From: Geosiphon pyriformis uo1
Lineage: Eukaryota; Fungi; Glomeromycota
Length of the DNA stretch: 64,000 bases
Direction: 5' to 3'
Assembly (NCBI GenBank): GCA_016748015.1
Contig: JAAOMT010000295.1
Coordinates: forward strand, 248,001-312,000
Shown here piece by piece: positions 1-13,610 of the stretch; the first letter of the stretch is position 1; every line of letters starts with the position of its first letter. The notes under the pieces are model-generated. The model was not told the DNA's origin and made no database searches. It worked only from the letters and a program-made list of their open reading frames with translations. Position numbers and translations under genes: made by a program.

Positions 1-3000
1 GTAATGCTTCTGACACTCTGGTGTCTGCTTCTTTTAAAAAAAACTTTAAAAAGAATGCTTTTGATGTGAATTGTCTTCAGTTGGCCAGATTATATGCCAA
101 GAAAAATGTTTCTATTTCTTGCTCTGCTGCTTTTAGTGGTAGATCATGGACTTAAGTAGTCTTTTCTGCATCTTTTTCTGGTGGTTTTCAATTTGATTCT
201 GGTTCTGGTTTTTTTTCTTCTAGTGCTTTGGGTTTGGGTGGTGGTTCTTTTCTTGTCTTGACCAATGATTTATTTTCGAATACTCATTTGGCTTCTTTGG
301 AATGTTTCTTAGAGCTCTTAAGTGATCAGGTTTCTGGCATTGTGTGCAAACTCAGCAACATAAAATTGGTGCTTTTGGCCCTTTCTCTTTCTTCTGGTTA
401 TTTGGTTGCTCTGATAAACATCAATTTGGATTTGAATTCGGATATAGTTTTGAATAGTTCTGTGGTAATGTCTGTACCTTCCTTTGTTGTTTTGGCTCTG
501 GGTCTTAGTAGCTCAAAAATTTTAATGACTAAAGTGGACTGTTTAGAGCCCAAGTTGGTGGCTCTTAAAGCCTTGATTGGTTCAGTTTTGGCAAAGTTAG
601 ATTATTTGTGTGCTGGCTCAAGTTCTTAAATGTTTTCTGCTTCCCAATGAGTGGTTTGGTTTAGAAAATTACTACTTGCAATGTTAGAGGAATGAACAAT
701 TCTGCAAAACAGAATAATATTATTTATTAGCACAGAGACATGGACAATTTAGTTTCTATTTTTACAAAATCAAAGTTAAAAGGAAAGGTTTGCTCCTAAA
801 TTGTCAACAAATTTGGTGGTGTGTAGGTGTTTACTTCTGGTTTGGAATCTGGTTATCTAGGTGCTAATGTTGTGGTCATCATAAACTCTTCTTTGGCAAA
901 ATATATATACAAAATTTCAGAGGTGCCTGGTCAGCTTTTGTCTATCAAGTTGTTTTTCAAGAATAAACTTTCAGTGTCAATTTTGGGACTTTACACTGGT
1001 GCTTCTTTAGCAGTTTGGTTTTCTTAAACTGGTAATGTCAACTTTCTTATTGCAAAGACTATCAATGAATCTTTTTTTGTCATTCTCAGTGGTGATTTTA
1101 ATAAAAATGGTTCCTATAAGTATGCAGTTTCAAAAGATGCTTTGATTTAGGACTAGTTAATTCCTTGGTTGGTAGCTCAACTGTAAAGGAGCCTACTTGG
1201 GCAAATTCTAAAGGTGTCATGAAAATGATTGATTATGTGTTTGTTTTCTCGAATTTGGTTAATGCAATAGTACATCATGATGTTTTGGAAGTCAATGAGC
1301 ATTTTAATACAGATTACCAATCCATTTTTGTGTCTGTGGATTTGGGTGGACTTTTAAATACACAGTTGAACTCTCTTTACAAGCAAGTGAATAGAGATTG
1401 ATAGAAGTTTGAGTTTAAGAGTGCCAATAAGACTAAATAGAATGATTTTAAAGATACCACATTGGCCAATGTAGTAATATTCTTAGATAAGTTTGCCATT
1501 TTTATGAAGTTCTCAGATTTGGGTGCAATGTAAGATATTGTTTACAAAATAGTGGTTCTTTCAGCTAATGAGGTGTTCAAGTAGAAATGGTTCAAGAGCT
1601 TTAATGATGTCTTCACCAAGAAATTTTTAAGATTTCACAAGTTTGAGTTTTTGGTTTCTAGAATTGTTAAGGCCTTATGTGAAAAGAGTATTGTGAATTT
1701 TGATTTTCTTATAAGATGCTGGATTTTTTTAGACAATATTAGAGCTTCAGTCATTTAGAATGTAGTGGACTTTGGTGCTGGCTCTGATCATATCTGTTCT
1801 GCTCTCTTTGGTGCTAAAAAATCTTATCACACTGCCAAGCTTACTGAATCTCTAAAGGCTAAGAAGGCAAACATCAAGTCTGCTATTGAGCCATGACCAT
1901 ATTTTGCTTTTGGGATAGGAGGATAGAAAGCTTTGAAGTTAATAAAAGTTATATAATTAAAAGTGTATTAGAGTGTTCGTTTTGCAAAATAGTAGATCAT
2001 CTGGTAGTTAATGATGAACTGATCTTGGAACCTGATTTGGTTAAGTCTAAGATGGATGTGATCATAGAGGATCAGACTAAAAAGCATAGAGTGGTAGATA
2101 ATATTTCTGGTAACTGGTATTATTAATATCAACCTTTAGAGTATGTTTTTGATAAGGCTTTTTCTGATGTCATGTATTTAATTGAATTTGATGAATTGTT
2201 TGGGATGGTTTCTAATCTGTCTGATGGCAAAGTTGCTGGTTTCTTGGATGTATTGAATAAGCTTTGAAAGCATTGCAATAAGACAGTCTTGGATATGCTT
2301 TTGGCACTTTTGAATTCTTGTTTGTCTGGTAAATTGGTGTCCAGCTTTTGGAAAGAAGCTTGGATCTCAATAATTCCCAAACCATATAAGTGGGAGAGTG
2401 TTCTGAAAAATACCCATTCTATTGCTTTAATCAAGATGACTCATAAAATTCTTTTCAAGATTTTTTCTGACAGAATTTTTTTGGCATGCAGCACTTTTAA
2501 TGTTCTTTGTAAGGACAATTTTTTGGTCTTGAAGAGTACAATAACTCAGTCTCCCATTTTTGCAATTGGTTTAGTTATTGAGGATGCTTTGAAAAAAGAC
2601 TGGAAGCTTTGGCTAGTTTTGCAAGACATGTGGAAAGCATATAATTCAGTTAGCTGGGAGCATTTTGAGAAGAATTTGGTCAGAATTAAAATATACAGCA
2701 AGTTCATTCAATTTTTTGGTAATATTTATAGAGATTGCACCAACCAAGTTATGACAAATTTTGGTTTGATGGGTGGTTATTGTGTGCACAATAGTCTGGA
2801 GCAGAAAAAAATATTTTTTTCTCTTCTGTAGTGCATATTTTATGATCCTTTATTGTGTAAAGTCAAGTGCCAAGAGAGCATGTGTGGGTATAAGTTGATT
2901 TCTCATTTTATTTCCAGAAGTGGTTATGCTGAATTTTAGGCTAGACTTTTTTCCTTTTTTGCTGCTGGTGCTTTTATCGATGATACAATTTGGGTTGGTA

Positions 3001-5495
3001 GCAGTCAGAGTACTATTCAACATATTCTCAATGTTGCTGGTAAATTTTTTCAGATCAATGACATTTTAATCAATAATAACAAAATGGTGGCCATTTCTAT
3101 TAATAACAGGGTTAGCAATTCTTCTCTTTTTATTAGTGGCTTACCAATCTCTATTGCCAAAAAGGGTGAATTTCATTGGTATTTGGGTATTTTTCTTTCA
3201 ATTAAAGATCTCTTAAAGCCTAGTTTGGCCAAAGCAAATTCAGACATTTGTTTTTTTACCAATTTGGTTCTAAGAAAGGCTATCTTAGATATGCAGTTCT
3301 TGTATTTGGTGTTAGCAGTTCTTCATCTTATAGTCAACTATAGAACACAGTTTAGCTTTATTCCTGTTGGTGTGTGCAACAAGTAAGATGCTCTAATTCA
3401 TAAGAACTTAAAACTTAAATCTGGTTTACTACTCAATTTTTTTAGTGATACAATTCACTATCTTTTCTTTTATGGTTTGAAATCTTTTTTACAAGTTCAG
3501 TCTAAGAGTAAGATTGTTTTTCTTATTAGTTTTGTAAACTCTGGTGGTGTCTTGGGTCGCTTGTTTTTCCACAGGTCTTATAACTTACAGGTTCTGTGTT
3601 GGTGCTCTGTTTATTCATTGAGTTTTTCTGTCTGTATTCATGTCAGTACTTCTAATAACTTTTTGGCAGGCATAGTTCATATTCTCTTTAATTGCAATTT
3701 GTCTCTGGGTGGCTCTTTGACCAGTTCCTTTTGGTGTTGTGGTGGGATTCCCATGTCTGCTGTTCTGGACAAGACAAAATTTCTCAAGTTTTTTCCTTTT
3801 CTTCATTAGTATGGCATAGCTTATATGAATCAACTTCGTAATAGTTATGGTGCTGTTTTTAATTGGTGTACTTTCAGACAGTGAAAAAAACTGGATCTCC
3901 ATGGTTCTGTTCTCAAGTGGTTTAAGATTTTTGCAACATTTTTAAATAGTATGGCTTTCTCTTCTGCTTGTCTCTTGGTTTCAAGTGGAATTGGTTTTTT
4001 GAACATTTTTAACTCTGGTAATTTTGCATCTGTTTGTAACCATCTCTCTTGGATTGGTTCTGATAGTTTATCTGTATATACAGATGGGTCTCTAAAAGAT
4101 TTGGACACAGTTGGCTGTAAAGCTGGTGCTGCCACTTTTTTCAAGGACATTAATTTGAGTTTGGGCATAGGTGTATTGGGTATAATGTCATCAACTATGG
4201 CAGAATTACAAGCTATTGTGTTGGCTCTGGAGTGTGTTCTTTTATCTAGCTCTGTTTACTTGTTCTCGGATAGTTAATCTGCTTTGGATGCTTGTAAGTC
4301 AGAATTGGGTCTGGTGTATCTTAACTTTCGCAATCAGTATTGGGTTGAGCATTAGCATATTGTTAATGTCATTCATAGTAAACATTTAAAAGTTAGTTGG
4401 CATAAGGTAAAGAGTCACTTTGGCATTTTAGAGAATAAGCATGCTAATGTGATTGCTAGTGCTGCCTTTCTTTCTGGTTGGCATCTTCTTTTTCGCTTGG
4501 ATGAACACTTTATAATGACTGATGGTATTGTTATTTCTGGCAATTCTAGACATTTTTTTTATGATGTTTATTGTTCTATTTGTTGTGTATGTTGGGAGTT
4601 TGGTTCTGATTTCAAGTTTTTAACAGGTAATTTGCTTTATGAAGTCAATTGGCTCCATTTGTTGCTGATATGGCATCCTGATTTGCACATGGCTGCTGGT
4701 TTTATTAGCAGGCCCTCAGTTAGTGTACACACTTATTTTATAAAAGCCTTGTATTATTGACTGCTTGTTGTTATTTGAAAGCACCTTTATAACAAATATT
4801 ATCCTAGTGTGTTGTGTTTGTATTATGGTAATGTGAAGGTGTTCGATCATGTGTTTTTTTGTAAAGTCAAAGATTTTACTAGACATCAAATATTGGACTT
4901 CTATATGACTTCATGGAAGGCTTTTTCTGGTTTCTCTCACTTCTTTTCAAATGTGCTGCAGCTGTTGTTATTTTGTGTTTTTAATTCTTCTATATCCATG
5001 GCTCTTTATAAGGGTTTTGTTTTTGATAGTTGGTTTTGTAAGGCTGTTTCCATTTTCCACAATTCTAAGGTTGTCAGTTTAGAGGTTGTCAAATTTGTGT
5101 ACTCTTTTGGTTTCACCTTTAGGAATAATATTTGGGTGGTTTGTGCTAAATATTGTGTCTATATGAAAAAGGCTGAATTGATTTTGTTGGATGATTTGGC
5201 TCTTGTGTCAATTTTTGGTTTGGCATAGGGGTTTTTTGCTGGTGTGATCAAATTGCTTGACATCACCAAAGCTTTTGGAGTTTGTTTTGGGTTTCACAAA
5301 TCTTGTTTATTTTTCTTAGATATAAGTAATTCGGTTTTAGTTTATATAGCTGTATAGTGTTGTTTTGATTGGCCCAAGTGGCTGGTTACATGTAAAAAGT
5401 GCATAATTTATGCCTAGTTTAAATCATTTCTTTGATGTATAGCACTAGGTAGTGTTTGGACTTCACTCATCAAATAATAATAATAAAAAATAATA
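1..5495 (+). mobile_element. Degenerate non-LTR retrotransposon (LINE): end of ORF1, then ORF2 with APE endonuclease, RT, RNase H and C-terminal Cys/His finger; (TAA)n-like tail
   Basis: ORF2 starts at ATG 647 with MSGLV*KITTCNVRGMNN (APE motif I). GDFN ~1091, PTW...IDYVFV ~1192-1245, WKEAWISIIPKP ~2349, LQDMWKAYNSVSW ~2620, AFIDDTIW ~2970 (YADD-like), RNase H VYTDGS...AELQAI...LFSDS...WHKVKSH 4074-4420, CLYYGNVKVFDHVFFC ~4815. Tail caaataataataataaaaaataata 5471-5495. Many stops and frameshifts. Confidence 0.93.
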
Positions 5496-5860
5496 TTAGT
5501 TATATAACTTATATTAGAGACAAACTTTAATGATAATAAAGAAGAAAAATTTAACAAAATTAATTATTATATTTCTAAAAAAATGGCCAATAAAAAAATA
5601 GATGTAATAACATGATGAAAGATATATTACAAAAAATATTTATTTAAATTAATATTTTATTAATAATTTAATATTTAAATACATCAAACACAATTTTCTT
5701 ATTTTGTATATATGACTTATAATTATTTGGCAATTTAAAAATTATTTGTTGCTTTTGAATGCATCTTTTTTACAGATAAAAATATAATTACAAATATGAA
5801 GTCTTATTTAGTGTTTAAAACTATAAAAGCAGTACAGTGTCTTTAATCATAAATACAGAA
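5496..5860 (+). pseudogene. hAT transposase C-terminal dimerisation-domain relic
   Basis: Reversing C>T/G>A changes gives DVITWWK, then a ~60-nt AT-rich interruption (probable intron), then QFP..MARDYLAI..SVASERIFS..IITDMRSRL..TIEAVQCL.SW, the Dimer_Tnp_hAT signature. Confidence 0.7.
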
Positions 5861-5911
5861 ATCATTAAAAGAAAAATTAAAAAATAAAATAAAATAATAT
5901 AATGTTTTTAA

Positions 5912-6093
5912 TAGTTAAACCTGAACATATTCATGCACTTTAAACTAAACTTAAACCAGACTTGTTGTATGTATTCAGGTTTGGTTTAAGTTTAATAATT
6001 TTAAGTCTGGTTTTAGTTCAAATTAAAAATTTTACCAAATCTTCTGTTTAAGTTTGGTTTAGTTTAGTGGTTTGATTGAACTTAAACTAAACT
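5912..6093. repeat. Cluster of short direct and inverted AAACC/TAAAC-type motifs, probable subterminal repeats of the hAT element
   Basis: aaacctgaa (5916) pairs with ttcaggttt (5975); cttaaaccagactt (5950) pairs with aagtctggttttag (6003); repeated taaac/gttta. Lies just downstream of the hAT relic. Confidence 0.45.
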
Positions 6094-6302
6094 AGAAAAG
6101 TTAACTTTTACTGTAAAGTAACTATACAAATAACTAGCATGAAATTGATTATTTTACTTATAAGTTCAGCAGTTTAAATTATAGAAAATAATTTAAAAAT
6201 AAATTCAGTTATTAGAAATTTAATAGCTTCCAGTAATAATAAATTTACAACAAACTAACATTAACAATATTCAAAAAAAGAAACCAAAAATCTTCAGTAA
6301 TA
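6094..6302 (+). mobile_element. Degraded 3' fragment of a family-A Gypsy LTR
   Basis: Aligns by eye to the 3' part of the LTR at 10586-10863 (gaaaagttaacttttac...cttataagttcagcag...aaattcagttattag...ccaaaaatcttcagtaata). Confidence 0.65.
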
Positions 6303-9300
6303 ATGTCTTAGTAATAATTAATAATTTTCTTGAGTAACTAATTAAAAAAAAAGGCGATTTTAATGAAATTTTTAACAAACTTTCAATAATAAAAAGCCAA
6401 ACCAAAGAAAAAATGTAGTTTATAAATGTTTATTAGTTGTTTAATATTTTAGACTTTTTTAATCTTGACTGGATTAGAAAAAATTTTATTTTTTGTAATA
6501 AAATAACTAAAAAACTGAGTAAATTAATATTTAAAAAAAAATTTGATTGGATTAATCTTTAAACTAGCATTTTTAAACAAGTTAAAAACTTTTTGCAAAT
6601 GTTCAAGATATTTATTCCAGGTTTTTAAGTATACTATTATGTCATTTAAATAAACAAAAACAAAGTTTTTTTTAACTAATTCAAATATTTTGTTTATTAG
6701 GTATTAAAAGATAAAAAGCATTAGTAAGATCAAAAAACATAACAGTAAATTCATAAGTATTATACTTGATAATAAAAGCAATTTTTTTTGCTTTTTGAAT
6801 TTATCTCTACTTGCCAGAATTCAGCAGTTAAGTTAATAATTAAGAAAAAAACAGCATTATTGAATTAATCTAGTATTGCATTAATTTTGGAAAATAAATA
6901 TATATCTTTTTTAATAATAGTATTTAATTGATAGTAGTTAATACAAAAACATAAAATTTTATCTTTCTTGAATACTATTACAACTGAAAAAATTTATTTA
7001 CTCTTGGTTTTTTGTATAAATTCAAGATTTTTTATTTGGTTTATTTTTTTTTAATGAATTTATTATTATAGTAGTTGGATTAATAAAACTTTAATAGATA
7101 AAATAAGTTTTTCTAATAATAATAGTATATTATATCATATAAGTTTATTCAAAAATATCACTTTCTTTTAATATTACTGAGCTATTTTTTTTCAATAAAT
7201 TTTTAATGTACAGTTTTTTTTTTCTAAAGAGAATTTTTTTGGTTTTACTATTAATAATTGTATTTTAAACAATTCATTTTTAAAAAACTTCTGTACTTCT
7301 TTTATCTCTTTTCTTAATATCAAGCTAATAGGTTTCTAATCTTTATAATAAATTAGGCAAAATTTATATTTATTATTAAGAAAATACAATAGTTTATTGT
7401 ATCAATATTGAGCACAAAAATTATGTCATTAATAACTGTATTTGGCTTTTTTGTTAGGTTTTTAGTAAAAATTTTTCTAAGTATGTTATAATAAGACTAG
7501 CAAATTATTTTGCCATTTACAATAATTTCTTTTTTGTCTGTTTTAATATTATTCAATAGCTTATTATTGCTAATAAAGATAGTATAAACAAGTTTAGCAG
7601 TTTTTTTTTGTTTTTTTATTTTTTATTTTTTTTATCATCTGATTTATTTAATTGTTTTTCTTCTTAATTTTGCTTGAGTACTGAAAAAATTATTTAATAA
7701 CAACATTTAATCATAATAGACTTCTTACCATATTTAATAGTTAGTTTACAAAATTTATAATTAAGTAAAGTTTTTGCTTTTTTTATAGTGTATTTTTTGG
7801 TTTTAGATACTTTTATTTCTGTTTCAATGCTAATACTATTAATGTGAACAAAAACAGCTTTGGTTATGCCAAAACTTTTCTTTTTGTTACTATATATATT
7901 AGTTATTGGTCAAGTAGAAAATTTATTAATTTTTTTGTTAATGGCTTTTAGAAAGTATTTGGCAATAATACTGACAGATTATCTACTGTCTAAAATCAGA
8001 TTAATAAAATAACCAATTACTTAAGCTTTGTAAATCAAAGAAATAATATTACTGTTGTCAGCAAGTTTAGTTTATTAAGAATGCTTATTAGTTTTTGGTG
8101 TTTTTTTCTTTGGAATTAAGAATTTATAAAATTTTTTTCTAAATTGTAGATGGTTTATTAATTAGCCAAAGATAATATAAACTAGAGTTTTCATAAAATC
8201 TTTAACAACAAAATAAATTCCAAATTTTTGTACAATTTCTGGAGGTTTCAACTTTGAAAAATTCTTAAAAACTTTAGTTTTTAATAGTTTATTGTTATTA
8301 ACAGTTAATATAGAAGCTTTATTAGAGTTTAAAGTGAAATTAATCTTGGTTTTTTTTTGTTGATTCAGAAAAGTTGATGGTTAATTCATTTATATTATAA
8401 TTATTATTAGTTAGGTTAAAAATGTAAAGAGTTTTTTTCTAGTTGGCTTGTATTTTTATTTTTTAGAAATGTATTTATCAGTTTAAAGACTAATAAACAA
8501 TGGCTTTAATTAAAAGATTCTTTTCAAAAAAATTAATATTGACATAATTAAGTTTTTAATTAAGAGTATTATTGTTGTTAAATTTATTATTCTGATTATT
8601 ATTGTTTTTAAAAGCTAGAAAAAACAATAGAAAATTGTTACAATTTCTTGAAAAGTGTTTAGTTAATCCACAGTAATAGCATATAGGTAGACCATAATTT
8701 TGCTGTCTTTGATATACTAATTGCTAAGACTGATTAAAATATGATTTAAATCTGGGTCTTTAAAGTTGCTAGTTATTTTTGATTGCTTGTGTTAAAAACT
8801 CTAATAACTGGACAAAATTAGTTATAAGTCTATCTATTAATTGTTTATTCGGGTCTTGAATTTGGACAACAAAAGAGATAGTAACTATTTGGGAAGCAAA
8901 AGCCAGAATAAAAACAAAAACAAAAACTAGAAGTATAAATACTAAATACATTTTTTGATTGTTTTCGATTCTTTGTGCAAGTTTAATAGTCCTATTTATT
9001 GTGAAATTATTTTTCAGGACCAAGAAAAATCAAAAAGCATAAGATAAGCCAATTTTCAATTTTTTTGTAAAGAAATAAATTTTTTGCTCTTTTGTTTGAT
9101 TTTTTTAGAGTTTACTTATTTAATAAGCTTTTTGATTGTTTTGGTGTATTTAGTTACAACTTTACCAGAATTTTGAGTTTTTTTTTTAATTTCATATACT
9201 ATTTGGAAATTAAGATAGAAGTTTTGAATTTGTTTTCAAATTAGATAGTAAAAAAGGTGTTTTTTTCTTCAATATTTATTAATGTCTATTTAATAATTCT

Positions 9301-11764
9301 TTGTTGGATATTGGCATTGGTTTTTTATAAAAATTATGTTGCAAAAAAGCCTTGAAGATAGCCACCAATAATTTGGAACTTATAGTTAGTATTATATTGG
9401 TTAACAGTAACTGTTTTTTTAAAGTTGTTTAACTATTTAATTAAATTTTAGACATTATCTTTAAATAATAATAATGAGGTGTTATTTCTTTATCTTAAAA
9501 CAGTTTGTATATCTTGAAAGATGGCCAGAATATTTGTTTGTATGAAATCAACAGCCATTGGCTCAAGAGTAATTGTTTGTATAGAATAATTTAATTTACT
9601 TGAGAAAAAATCAAAAACAGAAGCAGTTTGGTAATTTTTTTTTTCTGTTTCAAAAAAAGTTTTAGATAACTGATAAGCAATATTACTAGAGGTTTTTGGT
9701 CTCTTTTCTTTAATGTTGTTAATGCTTGTTGGTTGTGAATTCATGTTTTTTGAAAGTAATTGAACTTCTAATAACTGAATTTATCTTCAAATTATTTTTT
9801 ATAATTTGAACTGCTGGGCTTATAAGTGGAATAGCCAATTCCATACCAGTTATTTTATGTAGTTACATTGTAGTAAACATTGTTACCAGACGAAATTAGA
9901 GATATTGTTTAGCATAAAATTACTCTTATAAATCTTATTATTAATTAGCATATATTATCATTTCAAATTATCACTTATTATATTAGCAAAATATCTGAAA
10001 TTATTATTTAATTAATAACCCAATTTGTACATAACACAAATGTAACCTAAGTGCAATGATCAATCATACAATACCCTGAAATATGTAACATTCAAAAGTT
10101 TGCTGAAATTTGTAGAAATTTGCCAAAATAATTGATAGTTCACCAAAATATCTAATAGTTTGCAGAAATAACTTGTAATTCACCAAAATGTATCTTTAGT
10201 TCAGCGAAATTGTAGAAAAGAGCAAAGTTCAAGTTTATAGAATAGTGTTATAACAAGTTGTATAAAAGAAAAGCTTTTCTCTTTGAAAAAATGTATCTTA
10301 CTTTAAATTTATTACTTAGAACCATTTCTACACACACAAAAAGAAATAAATATCAAATAAATTGAAAAACCAAATTCTTTAATTATTGCACTTGAAAAAT
10401 CCTCAAAATCCAACTAACGTTTTGAAATTGATTAGCTACCAATTTCAGTAAACTGTTAGTGACTCCAGACCTGAATAGAAAACGTTTCTCTTGACAGAAT
10501 TCTATTTCTTTTACATTTCTTTTATTTTTTTTCTTTTATTTTCTTATTATAATCATTAAGGTAGCCTACAGACAAGATTCCTGTAGAAAAGTTGACTTTT
10601 ACAGCAAAGTAACTACACATTTTTAGTGAGCTTTCAGACAAGCAATTCCTGGGAAAAAGTTGACATTTACTACAATGTAACTACACAAAGCAACTGGCAT
10701 GGAATTGGCCATTCTACTTATAAGCCCAGCAATTCAAATTATCTTCTATAATTTGAAGATAAATTCAGTTATTGGAGGTTCAAACACTTTCCATAGTCAT
10801 AAATTAATAGCATTACAATAAACATACAAGAACTAAGAAGAGACCAAAAAACCTCTGGTAACATTTGGTGCTCTTCTACAAAAATAACACAGCAACAACA
10901 ACTTCAAAAGTGGTGACTCAAACAGATTCAAGAACTCTAGAGTATTATCAGTCAATCTATACCCACTACAAGCAGAGATTTAACATCCCAGACAGAATTG
11001 AAACATTCAAGAAAACACTTTACCAGTACATTGAAAATCACATCAACAATTATCTTTTTGGAGACTACAACATTTCAAAAGTTAGACACAACTTATATAA
11101 AAGCTTAGTACATCACTCTTGTTTAAACACTCCCAAGCTCAACAAAAAGAATGGCATGATGACAAATTGTCTTCAATTACCAATGGATTTAAAATTGGAA
11201 ACAAAGTTTTCTTACACAGAACTAAAGCTAAAAAACAATGGAGTGAAAAATTTGAAAATAAATGAGATGAACCATTTTTTATCCATGAAGTTCTAGGCAA
11301 TGGATCATACAAACTAAGACTTGATGACAAAATCTTAGCAAAAGTTGCACATGGAGATCGTTTGAAACACTATAATTCCAAAAACATCCTGAACCATTAA
11401 TTCCACAAATTGGTACACATTTCCCTTTAATCAATCCTGAAGATATTTCCCGAAATTTAAAACCAATAGTTGTCATTGAATAACCTCCCAACTTGAACAC
11501 TTAACTTAAATTTATTATTATAGTTATTTCCTTATAATTTAGAAACAATCTCACAAAAACAAAGCAAAAATAACATAAAAACCCATACACCAAAAATAAT
11601 TTTCTTTTATTTTCAAATTTCTTATAATAACTATTCCTCAAAACATTCAACAATTATCCCAAAAACTAATGTTAGCTTTAAAAACAATACCCAAATTATC
11701 TATTACTGTTACTGGAAACCACATTAATTATACCCAAACAGAAGTAGTTACAAATTTAGCCCCA

Positions 11765-12602
11765 NNNNNNNNNNNNNNNNNNNNNNNNNNNNNNNNNNNN
11801 NNNNNNNNNNNNNNNNNNNNNNNNNNNNNNNNNNNNNNNNNNNNNNNNNNNNNNNNNNNNNNNNNNNNNNNNNNNNNNNNNNNNNNNNNNNNNNNNNNNN
11901 NNNNNNNNNNNNNNNNNNNNNNNNNNNNNNNNNNNNNNNNNNNNNNNNNNNNNNNNNNNNNNNNNNNNNNNNNNNNNNNNNNNNNNNNNNNNNNNNNNNN
12001 NNNNNNNNNNNNNNNNNNNNNNNNNNNNNNNNNNNNNNNNNNNNNNNNNNNNNNNNNNNNNNNNNNNNNNNNNNNNNNNNNNNNNNNNNNNNNNNNNNNN
12101 NNNNNNNNNNNNNNNNNNNNNNNNNNNNNNNNNNNNNNNNNNNNNNNNNNNNNNNNNNNNNNNNNNNNNNNNNNNNNNNNNNNNNNNNNNNNNNNNNNNN
12201 NNNNNNNNNNNNNNNNNNNNNNNNNNNNNNNNNNNNNNNNNNNNNNNNNNNNNNNNNNNNNNNNNNNNNNNNNNNNNNNNNNNNNNNNNNNNNNNNNNNN
12301 NNNNNNNNNNNNNNNNNNNNNNNNNNNNNNNNNNNNNNNNNNNNNNNNNNNNNNNNNNNNNNNNNNNNNNNNNNNNNNNNNNNNNNNNNNNNNNNNNNNN
12401 NNNNNNNNNNNNNNNNNNNNNNNNNNNNNNNNNNNNNNNNNNNNNNNNNNNNNNNNNNNNNNNNNNNNNNNNNNNNNNNNNNNNNNNNNNNNNNNNNNNN
12501 NNNNNNNNNNNNNNNNNNNNNNNNNNNNNNNNNNNNNNNNNNNNNNNNNNNNNNNNNNNNNNNNNNNNNNNNNNNNNNNNNNNNNNNNNNNNNNNNNNNN
12601 NN
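11765..12602. other. Assembly gap (838 N)
   Basis: Run of N. Confidence 1.
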
Positions 12603-13610
12603 TCCAGACCTGAATAGAAAACGTTTCTCTTGACAGAATTCTATTTCTTTTACATTTCTTTTATTTTTTTTCTTTTATTTTCTTATTATAATCATTAAAG
12701 TAGCCTACAGACAAGATTCCTGTAGAAAAGTTGACTTTTACAGCAAAATAACTACACATTTTTAGTGAGCTTTCAGACAAGCAATTCCTGGGAAAAAGTT
12801 GACATTTACTACAATGTAACTACACAAAGCAACTGACATGGAATTGGCCATTCTACTTATAAGCCCAGCAGTTCAAATTATCTTCTATAATTTGAAGATA
12901 AATTTAGTTATTGGAGGTTCAAACACTTTCCATAGTCATAAATTAATAGCATTACAATAAACATACAAGAGCTAAGAAGAGACCAAAAAACCTCTGGTAA
13001 CATTTGGTGCTCTTCTACAGAAATAACACAGCAACAACAACTTCAAAAGTGGTGACTCAAACAGATTCAAGAACTCTAGAGTATTATCAGTCAATCTATA
13101 CCCACTACAAGCAGAGATTTAACATCCCAGACAGAATTGAAAACAAAGTTTTCTTACACAGAACTAAAGCTAAAAAACAATGGAGTGAAAAATTTGAAAA
13201 TAAATGAGATGAACTATTTTTTATCTATGAAGTTCTAGGCAATGGATCATACAAACTAAGACTTGATGACAAAATCTTAGCAAAAGTTGCACATGGAGAT
13301 CGTTTGAAACACTATAATTCCAAAAACATCCTGAACCATTAATTCCACAAATTGGTACATATTTCCCTTTAATCAATCCTGAAGATATTTCCCGAAATTT
13401 AAAACCAATAGTTGTCATTGAATAACCTCCCAACTTGAACACTTAACTTAAATTTATTATTATAGTTATTTCCTTATAATTTAGAAACAATCTCACAAAA
13501 ACAAAGCAAAAATAACATAAAAACCCATACACCAAAAATAATTTTCTTTTATTTTCAAATTTCTTATAATAACTATTCCTCAAAACATTCAACAATTATC
13601 CCAAAAACTA

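Noticed and set aside
11669-12613. 314-aa ORF in the track
   Set aside because: Artefact of reading through the N gap; only the first ~32 codons are real (copy of the 13611 ORF start).
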